Both the position numbers and the translations under genes were made by a program. This document shows, in pieces, positions 1 to 9,900 of a stretch of DNA of 20,000 nt. Location of the stretch: positions 48,150 through 68,149 of the forward strand of contig JAPEUG010000045.1 in the NCBI GenBank assembly GCA_026025795.1, in the 5' to 3' direction. The notes under the pieces were generated by a model that had not been told where the DNA came from, did no database searches, and worked only from the letters and a program-made list of their open reading frames with translations. This DNA comes from Thelocarpon superellum. Taxonomy: Eukaryota. Position 1 is the first letter of the stretch; every line of letters begins with the position of its first letter.

Positions 1-464
1 TTCGGGAGGAGCCAGACGTAGAGTGGCGGGACTGACGGGTTTCGCCCAAGATGGCCATCATTGATGCTCAGCAGGAGCACGGCCGGGTTTCGTTGGATCG
101 TCAAGTGGATGACGGCCAGGCTCTTGGTAGCTTGGGGCAACAGTGCATCGATGGCCAGGAAGGGGTCGTCTCCGAACAGCACCTCCAGCCCGGCACGGGT
201 GACCACCGAGATCAGGCGGCCGTTCACGTCCACGTCGGCGTCATTGCTCACATCTTCCGCTGCCGTACCCTGACCAGCATCGAGGATCTCAGAGAGCAGC
301 TGCTCAAAGTTTCCATCCCCCTGGGGCCGGGCTTGTCCGTTCGGGAGGGGCACATTGTCTACGAGCTGGGCCGCGAGAGTAGACTGTGGTGGGTCGGGAC
401 CGAAGGAAGGTGGGCCATCAGAGAGCGGTGGACGCGGGGGACGACGCTCATTACCCCGAGCCAT
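1..464 (-). CDS. MEC1: 5' end (partial, runs off the window) of probable ATR/Mec1/Rad3 (UvsB-like) PI3K-related checkpoint kinase
   Basis: Open frame from ATG at 464 to the window edge: MARGNERRPPRPPLSDGPPSFGPDPPQSTLAAQLVDNV...FEQLLSEIL...VNGRLISVVTRAGLEVLFGDDPFLAIDALLPQATKSLAVIHLTIQRNPAVL...PPLYVWLLP. The order PP.STLAAQLV / DDPF / PL.VWLLP matches my recollection of the N-terminus of filamentous-fungal Rad3/UvsB. The kinase domain is outside the window, and the ORF track misses the frame because it has no stop here. Confidence 0.75.
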   Translation of the reverse strand, partial: MARGNERRPPRPPLSDGPPSFGPDPPQSTLAAQLVDNVPLPNGQARPQGDGNFEQLLSEILDAGQGTAAEDVSNDADVDVNGRLISVVTRAGLEVLFGDDPFLAIDALLPQATKSLAVIHLTIQRNPAVLLLSINDGHLGRNPSVPPLYVWLLP

Positions 465-785
465 CTCTCATCTGCACCGACAGCCGGCATATGACCCATC
501 TGGGGTCGAACATTCCCAGGTGGGGTCCACATGTTTACCGTGGCGGAGGCGGACGAGGCGAGAGTGAAAACGCGAACGCCTGATCACGTGCTGATAACCA
601 GCCACATCCCGTTCGAGCGCTAACGGATCGAAGAGCGAAGGATGCAGATGGCGAGTTGAGAAGTCATCTCGCCCTGGAGGACGACGAGAGTCTCGGACAT
701 TCTACAGCATCGGGAGGAGAGGGAAGCAAGCAAGACACAACGCCAGAAGGGAAAGGCATCAAAAACAGTATCACACGACGCCGCA

Positions 786-1225
786 ATGTCTCCCACCTTT
801 CCCTCCAAAAAATACGTCTCCGCAGCGGCCAGCACAGGCACGATTGCAGCACGGTATCGACAACAGATGTCACGCCATCCCTTCCTGCTCTTCGGCCTGC
901 CCTTCTTAGCCACCATTGTGGCCGGCTCGTTCTTCCTAACCCCTGCCACGGCGATCCGGTACGAGAAACATGATCGCAAGGTGCGCCGCATGACGGAGGA
1001 CGAGCGGCTGGGCGTAGGGCGTGAGGGCGGGAGGAAGGTCAGCGCTGAGAGCGTGGCCGAGGAATACTATGTATGTGTGTCTACGACCCGGATGGGGTTT
1101 TCCTTCGCGAATTTATGTGGCGATCGCCGACTGATGCTCGACAGCGCCTGGCTGGCAAGGACTTGGATGACTGGGAGCAGAAACGAGTCAAGCGACTTCC
1201 GGGCGAACACGACGGCATTCTCTAG
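786..1225 (+). CDS. COX16: Cytochrome c oxidase assembly protein Cox16 (121 aa)
   Basis: Exons 786-1070 and 1145-1225; intron GTATGT...CTGAT...ACAG. Protein has HPFLLFGLPFLATIVAGSFFLTPATAIRYEKHDRK (single TM) and, after splicing, EEYYRLAGKDLDDWEQKRVKRLPGEHDGIL*, typical of Cox16. Confidence 0.95.
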
Positions 1226-1260
1226 GTCAGACATTACCATCTTGCGCATTCAGTTCTTGT

Positions 1261-1300
1261 CACTCGCCACCCGCCACCCGCCACTCGCCACTCGCCACTC
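1261..1300. repeat. Heptamer tandem repeat (CGCCAC[C/T]) x5 downstream of the COX16 stop
   Basis: cact-cgccacc-cgccacc-cgccact-cgccact-cgccact-c read directly. Confidence 0.9.
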
Positions 1301-1351
1301 AGGCGCCGCTCCTCGAGCGCGTGCCACGGGTATCAAACGGGACTCACGACT

Positions 1352-1374
1352 CGGGACGCGGGACGCGGGACGCG
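1352..1374. repeat. Heptamer tandem repeat (CGGGACG) x3
   Basis: cgggacg-cgggacg-cgggacg-cg read directly. Confidence 0.85.
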
Positions 1375-1594
1375 CCCATGGCCGCCTCCTCCCCGTCGCC
1401 TTCCGCCCGTCCGCCCTCCCCAAGATCTATCAGTCCCCAGACATGAGAATGGCCTGACACGGAACGCCGGAGGGAGTAGGGCCGTCGTGGGTGACGGTCT
1501 ATCCACCATGTGCGCCAAGAACGGAAAAATATCACGCGGCGATCCGGCCACAGCACAGCACGTGCAACGGGAGCAGCGACTGCCGAGCCCCATG

Positions 1595-4500
1595 TCAGTG
1601 CGCGGACCCGTTCGCCTGCATTAGTACCGGTCCTTGTGATGGGACCTGTGCCTGCGCTTGTGCCGCCGCCACTGCGTTGGCTTCAGCCTGATGCACCACA
1701 CTCTGCACCACCCCCTGCTCATCCGGCGTGAGGTTCTTGGTGAGGCTGTCATACAGCGGCGGCTGTTCCTGTTGGAGCTCTGCGGCCTATCAGTAGGATG
1801 CTTCATGCCGACGCATCGAGAGATCGGGGCGAACGGACTGAGTAGCGCATCACGAAATAAGCCATAGGGCTCAAGCCGGTCGAGCGGCGTCTCGAGGAGA
1901 CTCTCTTCCTCCAGTTCCTCTTCGTCGTCGTCTGTACCCGCACCGAACTTCTGCGCCTAGGTGCCTGGTGAGCCTCGTAATCATCACGCCTCAGCCCTAT
2001 AGAGCGTGACTCACCTCCTCGTTGAGGAAGTCAATGTACGCCGTGCTCTCGTCTCGCACGTCTTCCTCAGCCTCGTCGGCCTCCACGGCCCACGACGTGT
2101 CCGCCTCCCACGCTTCGCCGCTCTCCTCGTCGTCATCAAAGTCGTCCTCGAGCGTGAAATCCTCCTTGGTGGCATCTTCACGGTCTAAGCCACGGGTCAG
2201 CCACGATCGGAATTGGGGAAGGAGCACGACGACGCACTCTTCAGGGCGGCCGGCAGGGTCTGGAACAGGCGAACGATGCCCTGCAGCAGGCGCGGCCAGC
2301 CTTGCTGCACGCTGAGCGGCACCTGATCTGCCCGGAGGGTCAACAACGACACGATCGCCGCGATCGAGAGCTTCTTGTCGTGCACGCGCGAGAAGTTGTC
2401 GATGTTGGAGAACCAGAGACTGAAGAACTTGTTGGTCCACCCATTGCTCTCCAGCACGTGCAGGGCCAGGGTGGGATTGTAGTAGATGGCGTTGATCACC
2501 ATCTCCATCAGGTGGATCCGGTATGATTTGACCTTGGCCTCTTGGTTCAGGATCGTCGTCATCCCAAGCCCGATGAATTTGGGGATCTGTGCGTCCACGT
2601 GGCCGCGGAGGTTGAGCATGACGGCTTCGGCCAACTTGCAGCCGCAGATCCGGTCGACCCCACCGACCTTCTCGTCGCGGAAGATGTCGTCGACCATGCC
2701 GACGATGGCGTCGAGGTAGGCCGGATGCTGCACGAGCGTCTCCGAGCCATACGCCACGAAGTTATCCAGGGCCGGGAGCATGTCTGTTCGCACTCGTCAG
2801 GCCTGCCCCACGCGCATCAAGTCCACGTCCTTCGGACGCACCTTCGAGGTAGAGCTCGGCACCGCCTTTGAAGGTCTGGTGAATGAGCTCGAACGCCTGC
2901 CACATGGTGGGCGAGATCTTCTTGGCGGAGAAGGTGCAGCTGTCGATGATCTCGAAGATCTCATTGTACAAATCTAGACGAGATCAGCACGGACGGTCCT
3001 CGAGGCGGCATGAAAACACCGACCGTAGAGTTTGTTCTCCAGTGTCACGGTGATGACGGGCATCAGGATGGTCTCGAGGTGAGCCAAGACATCGGGCGTG
3101 CTCTCGAGGGTGAGGATGAGGGTGCCGATGGTCTGCAAGACACCGAGAGCGGTGATGCTCTTGTCGTCCAGCACGTCCCCGTAGCTCTCGCCGCCGTCCT
3201 TGGACTGGTTGCGCTCGACCAGCTCGCGCACGATGCGCAGATACGTGTCCCGTAGCTGCTCCGTCAAGGCGACCGCGAAGGGAGTGAGCTCGGCGGCAAA
3301 CACTTCCACAAAGTCCTCCATCACGTTGGCCAGGGCGTCGACGTCGACCTCGTTGGCCAGCTTCAGGAGCTGCTGCATGATCTGCGGGATGTTCTGCTGC
3401 ATGGCGTTGCGGATGATGTCGTGGCGGATGAGCGGCTGCAGCGCCAGGGCTGCCTCGACGCGAACGGGGAGATCGGGGTCCGCCATGGACTCGAGGATGT
3501 TGCGATAGATGATGATCAGGTTGTTGGGATCTTTGAAGTTGAGCTGCTCAAACTTCTCCAACGTGTCGCAGGCGCGGGCACGCAAGTAGCCATGCGGGCT
3601 GCGGAACTCGGGAAAGACGTGGCGCACGAAAAAGTACTCCACCTGGTCGGCGATGGGGCTCTTCTTGGCCAGAATCACGCTCGACAGGGTCCCGATCATG
3701 CGCAGCGCCCCTTCCTTCTCGCGCGGGCTCTTCTGCTCGTCGGGGGCCGACTCGTACTTGTTGACGATGCCGTTGACGAAGTTGAGGATGGTAAAGGTCT
3801 GCTTCTTGCGGCTCTTGGTGAGCGTGACGAGGAAGTTGGTCGCGGCCACATCGGGGGCCGAGACCTCCTCGTAGAAGTTGAGCTTGCGGTGTAGATACTC
3901 GGGCGGGTCGGTCTCGAAGAGCTCGAGATCCTCGTCGGACTGGCACAGAATGGGAAAGAGGAAGTGCGCGACGAGATTGTCGAGATGCGGTTTCAGGTGG
4001 ACCCACATGGACTTGGGCTTGACGCATTCATCCAGATACGAGAGGGTAAAGGACAGGCAGGGCTTGCTCAGCCACGTCGTCTTGGCCACCCACTTCTCGA
4101 TCTGCTGCAGATAGGCCTGGAGGATCTCGGGGGCAAAGTTGGTGATGAAGTTCTTGGAGAAGTCGGCGTAATGGTCGCCATGGCTCTTTTGCAGCGTGCT
4201 GGGATTGCCGTAGCGCACGAAGAGCCGGTTCAGGTTGGCGTAGGCCCATTTCTTGGCCTTCCACCAGTGATTGGCCTCCCGCTCGTCCACGTCGTCGGAC
4301 AAGGCCTCCGGCGGGGCCTCCTTGGCGATGACGCGGAGGAAGAGTGAGCACCAACCCACGATGGGCTCATGCTCCCGCAGATGGGGCGGCAGCTCGAACT
4401 GGGTGCACCATGGTCAGCGCTGCGAGGACTGAGGTCCCGCGCCAGGTCGAGGAGCGGGACGGACCGGGCCGACATACATAGGTGGCGTGTTTGTAGGCCT

Positions 4501-5243
4501 TCATGACGATCCGCAACATCTCGCCCGCCTCGTTGCTCGACTCATCCACCAGACGGGTGCCGATGTTGAGCAGCTGGGGAAAGGAGACGGCGACGATGTT
4601 GTCGAAGTCCCCCCGATTCTCGGCCGACTTGAAGCGGTAGACGCGGCAGATGCCGAGGAGACACTGCAGACCAGCGAAGACGGAGGTGGCCTCGTTGGTG
4701 TTGAGGAGCTGCATGGTGATCTCCAGAAAGGTGGGCCATTTTTCAGGGAAGTCGAAGTGGAGGATCTTCTGCAAGGTGGGGATGAGCTGTTGCCGCACCT
4801 GGGACTGCGAGGCGGCGAGGATGGGGAGGAGACGGCCACGAAAGGTCTCCTTCTCGAGGTCAGGGATAGGCTTCTGGTTGGTCTCCTCGGGGCACCAGGC
4901 GCGGACGACGTGATTCTTGAGGTAGACCACGGCTGCAGGTGCACGTCAGCCAGGTGTCAATGTCCCACAGGGTGTCTGGGACCGTACCAGAGAGGCGGAT
5001 CTGCGGTTCCTGCTCTGCTTCCAACACGTCCAGCAGCGAATTGGAGAAGCCTGGCTGCTCTTCGGCCTGGAGGCATGCATGCGTTAGCCAGGGAGCCTAA
5101 GATGAGCCGCACCAGGCGGGAGCACGGTGGAGGAGACGACGCACATATTTCAGGTCCAGCTCGGCCTGTCTCCGCACGTCGGCATTGGCATCGAGGGTGG
5201 CCTGAATGCGATCGCGGAGACCGGCACGGTCGATTGTCGCCAT
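1595..5243 (-). CDS. NMD5: Importin-beta family karyopherin, importin-7/8 class (Nmd5/Sxm1), 1052 aa
   Basis: Nine exons: 5243-5145, 5066-4988, 4932-4478, 4398-3024, 2973-2842, 2783-2238, 2184-2015, 1956-1839, 1779-1595 (3159 nt, all GT-AG). Motifs: IBN_N start (TLDANADVRRQAELDLKYAEEQPGF...AVVYLKNHVVRAW), DFPEKWP, WWKAKKWAYANLNRLFVRYGNP, REKEGALRMIG, LRARAC, VRVEAALAL, RVHDKKLSI, and an acidic tail with LEEESLLETPLD. NMD5 versus SXM1 orthology cannot be resolved by eye. Confidence 0.93.
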
Positions 5244-5461
5244 AGTCACGGTAGCGTAGGCGGGACGCGTGGGATGGTCGGCACGGCGAGGGTTGAGGTC
5301 CGTCAGCACGCGATGAGAGAGCGCAGGAACATTGGGGCCGCGTCCAGGTCGCGACCGATGTGGATAGAGAGCAGGGGCGGGATGCACGATCAGGGTGCGG
5401 GGGGCTGATATGGGGGTGGAAGCTTCTCTACGTTCGAAGATAATCAAAGGGCCGCGACGAA

Positions 5462-5489
5462 CTGCGGGCTGCGGGCTGCGGGCAACGGG
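5462..5489 (+). repeat. Heptamer repeat (CTGCGGG) x3 + CAACGGG, forming a canonical G-quadruplex motif
   Basis: GGG-CTGC-GGG-CTGC-GGG-CAAC-GGG at 5466-5489, in the importin/TAD2 divergent intergenic region. Confidence 0.8.
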
Positions 5490-6148
5490 CCGTGGTTAGC
5501 AGGGATGTCCTGATGTTTTTTAGGGTTTCAGCGTCTGCAAAACCGGGAGTCAAGTGCCCAGCTGGGGCAAGATTTGGGTGCGCCAAATTGGCCCGCATGG
5601 AGACAATCCGCGACCAGCGCTCCAGGTACGCAGACCCTTGACTTACGAGGACTAGGTACCTAGCTACTCACCGCTCCGGACGGGGTGCAAGGGGGAGACA
5701 CGCATCCAGTCGCCCTTTCACGGCAGGTGCACGGTGCAAGTCCGAGTACGAGTACGGCAGCTAGCAGGTAATGCAATCCCGGCTGTGAGAGTCCAACTGG
5801 GAGCTCGCAGAGGAACGTCAGGCATGGTGGCCGCCTTCCTCCGTAGACCACGCCCGAGTCAGAGCAAACCCTACCAGCTACACTAGCGGCCCCCGTCAGC
5901 CTTGCCTGCCATATGTTCCCCGTAAGACCGGTCGTCCCAGGGGCTCGGCGACCCTCATGAGTGGCGCCACTATTCAACCTTGGCGAGGTGGACGTGGTCA
6001 GGCACAAATGTCCGACCGACCAATTACCGACGAGCAGCTCCGCATCGGTGCTGTTGGGACGACCACCGGTCGCTAGCACGTCTGCTACGACGGACACGAC
6101 GAAAACGACGAACACGACGAGAGAGCAAGGTTCTTGCTTTACGACTTG

Positions 6149-6884
6149 ATGGACCCGGATCGTCTGATCCATGAGGGCTACATGAAGGAAGCCTTGGCCA
6201 TGGTATGAATCACAAGGCAGGGCCATGGCATGTAGATTTCCCGCTGAAGGAGCCCTAGGCCGAACAAGCCCTGGGCCAGGACGAGACCCCCGTGGGATGC
6301 GTTTTCGTCCACGATGGGCGCATCATCGGGCGTGGCATGAATGCGACCAACGAGAGCCTCAATGTCCGTTGCCCGAGGTCCGCCGACGTAGCTCTCGCGC
6401 GGCGGAAAGGCGGAGGCGGAGACTGAGACGGCTGGCAGGGCACGAGACACGCGGAATTCGTCGGGCTCGATGTGATCTTGCGCACCTACGCGCCTACCAT
6501 CCTGGCTGAGACCGATCTGTACGTGACGGTGGAACCATGCATCATGTGTGCGTCGGCACTGCGGCAGCTGAGCATCCGCGCCGTCTACTTCGGCTGCCTC
6601 AATGACCGCTTCGGCGGCACTGGTGGCGTACTCACCATCCACAGCGAGTAACCTGCCCCCTTCTCCCTGGGTCCTTATTGACGCTGATGCCGCGTAGTCA
6701 CAGCATCGACCCGCCCTACGCCGTACACGGGGGCTTCTTTGCGGAGGAAGCCATCACCCTATTACGTCGCTTCTACGAGCAAGAGAATGCCAAAGGTAGG
6801 CCTGACGCGCCTCCCGACCATCGTGGCAATTGGCTCAGCGACCTCATAGCCCCAGAGCCGCGGCCCAAGAAGCGCCGGGACTGA
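6149..6884 (+). CDS. TAD2: tRNA-specific adenosine-34 deaminase catalytic subunit Tad2/ADAT2 (166 aa as written)
   Basis: Five exons: 6149-6202, 6259-6363, 6439-6647, 6698-6795, 6850-6884 (501 nt). Spliced protein: MDPDRLIHEGYMKEALAMAEQALGQDETPVGCVFVHDGRIIGRGMNATNESLNGTRHAEF...LYVTVEPCIMCASALRQLSIRAVYFGCLNDRFGGTGGVL...EAITLLRRFYEQENAKAPEPRPKKRRD. It has the zinc motifs HAE and PCxxC with the catalytic Glu intact. Largely invisible in the ORF track. Confidence 0.95.
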
Positions 6885-6910
6885 AGCCATGGTAGACGCA
6901 CCGTCTGAAG

Positions 6911-9900
6911 TTACATATACCTGCGACTCAGATGCGTTAGTGGTCGTCATGCACGAGCGAGGCTGAGGATGGTGGCCACGTACAGAGATGCCACCGCGGT
7001 GATGTCCCGCTTGATCATCTCCTGGCATTCTTGCATCTTGAGGAACAAGGTGGGGTCCCCAATGATCCGCGCCGCATTCTTGACCTCCCGACACGTCTCA
7101 TCGAGACGATTGATGACGCGCACGATGGTGCCCTCGAGCACGTCCGTCAGGTCGGTGATGCGGTTGAATGACATGCCTCGCGCCCACTCGTACACAACCT
7201 CCACCAGCCCGAAGCGCGGTCGGCTAACAAAGTCATTGGAGTCATCGCTTGACAGGATGACTTGATGCTGCGTCTGCACCGCGTTGACCCGTTCCGACAT
7301 CTGGATGATGGTTTGCTTGCCCTGTGCCGTTGTGATCAGCCGAGCTGTCGGCGTGCGAATCTTGCGGCCGGCCATGCCAACCTTCTCCAGCCTCGCCGTC
7401 AACGTGGGCGTCTGCTCCGTCTTCTCCTGAAAGACAAAGGCCGAGAGCAGGGCCACGATCTCCTCGGCCTCGAACTCGGCCAGGACGTTCTCTAGGACGA
7501 GCTCGGTCAGAACCAGTTCGTCGGCCGAGTGGATCTGAGGTGCGCAAGGCATGTCAGAGCGGGGACCGCAGGGGACCAGGACATGGGCGGGATATATGCA
7601 CAGAACCAGGCATTGGAACGCACCTCGCAGGCAACTTTGCCCTTTAGAAGCACGCGCGAACTGTCGTCGATGAAGCCTAGGTCTTTCAGCACCTGGAGGC
7701 GTTGCTCGTAGTCAGGTAGCAGCTGCAGATTCTGGTCCGACATGAGCTGACGGAGCTGCGAGATGTTCTCTTTGATCAGCCACTCATCGTGTTGCATGGC
7801 GAACTAGCCCGGTCAGCTTGATGCGGACCTTACGGCTGCATGGGCAGGCCCACATGTTTGAGGAATTGGGGACAAGAGAGGCATTCGCCAGTGGACGCCC
7901 GGATCGCCTCTTGCGCGCGTTCGTCCAGGATGTTCCGCAGCTGTAGATCTTTCACTTTGGTCCAGTCCAGCTCATCCCACTCCGGCGTCATCCACGACGA
8001 ACACAGTCGCGTTACATCGTCTTCAACTTCCTGTACCGCCAGCGAATCGTTCTTCCGCATGCCCGTCAGGTCCATCTATGTCTTGTCAATGGTTTTCTGC
8101 ACACCCACGCGGCGAAGTGACTCCTGACCTTGACGATGGTCCGCGTGACACATTCCACGTCCGTGAGCGAGACACTCGCCACTTTGAACTTCATCTCCTC
8201 CGCCGCTGGCGGGCCAAAGAGGGCCCGGAAAGCGGGCAGGTAGGGTAAGAGGTCGCCTATGGTCTGTGAGATTACCCCCCCTTCTCGGCCAGGAACGACG
8301 TACTTGTCTCTCGTTTCGTCCGGCCCGAATCAATCTCCAAAACCTGGAGCGCAGGCTGGAGCCCCTTTAAAGGACCCTCCTTGACCAGGATGCCAGCGGC
8401 GCGCACGCCATCCTAACTAGTGTCAGTAGGGTAGAGAGAACAGGTTTCGCGGCGTGAATCACTTTGCGGTACACAATCAATCGCCTCGGGGAGAACATCC
8501 TTCGACCTGCTGGCGACGCCAGGAGTCCAAGGTGGAGATCAGCCGTCAGCTGGGTAAAATTCATCGAAGCCTGGTGGCATCTTTCAAGGTCTGCATCACA
8601 GATCGGGCACGGCTCCCGCTTCACCTTGGCCAAGTCTGCTTCCGAGAGTTTGACCTGCTTCTCGTGCCGCGGCAGCAGGGCCTGAGTGGCATGCTCGCTG
8701 AAGCTTCGCTTGATCATCTCCTCGATCTTCAGCGCCTCAACCCGCAACAAATTGAGGATCATGTTGTAAGTCAGACGGAACTGCGATCGCAGCTTCGTTG
8801 GGTCACCCAAGATCATCGAGCGCAGCGTGGCGACGGGTGGGGCCTCATCCGCACCGGGGGCTACGATGATGACCGACCCCACGGTATCGAGGCCGCGACG
8901 ACCGGCGCGGCCCGCCATCTGCGTATACTCCCCAGGCAGCAGATCGCGAAAGGAGCGGCCGTCGTGCTTCCGAAATCCGGAGAAGACGACCGTACGCGTC
9001 GGTAGGTTCAGGCCCATGGCAAAGGTCTCCGTGGCGAAAAGCACCTTGACTAGCGTCCGGGCGAAGAGGATCTCCACGACCTCCTTGACGATGGGGAGGA
9101 GACCACCATGGTGGACGGCGATGCCTCGGCCCAACAGCTCACGCATTCGGCGGATCTGGGGCAGAACACGGTCCTCGGGCCGGAGGCGTGCGATGGACTT
9201 GCCGACGATCATGTGGATCGCGCTCTTCTCCGACGCAGTACAGTAGTCAAGGTTGGAGAGCGCGTCGGCATTCTCCTCACATCGCCGCTTGGAGAAGACG
9301 AAGATGCAGGCGGGAAGGAGGTCCTCTTTCCGCAGATGCTGGACGAGGTGTACCCAGATGTTTCGGTCCTGCGCCGCATTGGTCCGTGAGCCACCTCGCC
9401 CACCCCGCGACGATCCACTGCTACTTCCTCCACGGGGAGTCGGACCACGCCCACGAGCTGGCCCACCTCCTCTCGACGGTCCGCCCCGCGTCGGTCCTCC
9501 ACGTAGATTTGATCCGCGCCCTCCACGTTGATTTGATCCGCGCCCTCCACCACGCTGACCTCGGGCGCCTGACCCACCACTGGCCGCATCCACGTCTTTG
9601 ACCTTGTCCCGCCCTGAGAGCACGTCGTTCGCGGCCTTCCACCCCTTCTCCAAGAACTTCTTGTCGGCATCCACGATCTTGTACATGGCTTTGTTCGCCC
9701 AGAGGTAGTGCTCCAAGGGGACGGGCCGCTTGGGGGTGGAGATGACGTAGATGTCTTTCTTCTTGGTCCGACCGACCCACGACGCGAACTCGTAGGTGTT
9801 GGGCACGGTGGCGGACAGGAGGATCAGGGTGACATGGTCCGGGAGCATGATGATCACCTCCTCCCACACGACGCCGCGCTCAAGGTCATTCACGTAGTGG

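Noticed and set aside
51..494. 147-aa plus-strand ORF
   Set aside because: Antisense shadow of the probable ATR/MEC1 frame on the minus strand.
1071..1457. C-terminal half of the 223-aa ORF 786-1457
   Set aside because: Reads through the COX16 intron into repeats; the conserved Cox16 end is in another frame after splicing.
5660..6226. 188-aa minus-strand ORF overlapping the TAD2 5' end
   Set aside because: No recognisable domain, antisense to TAD2 exon 1, and covers probable promoter sequence.
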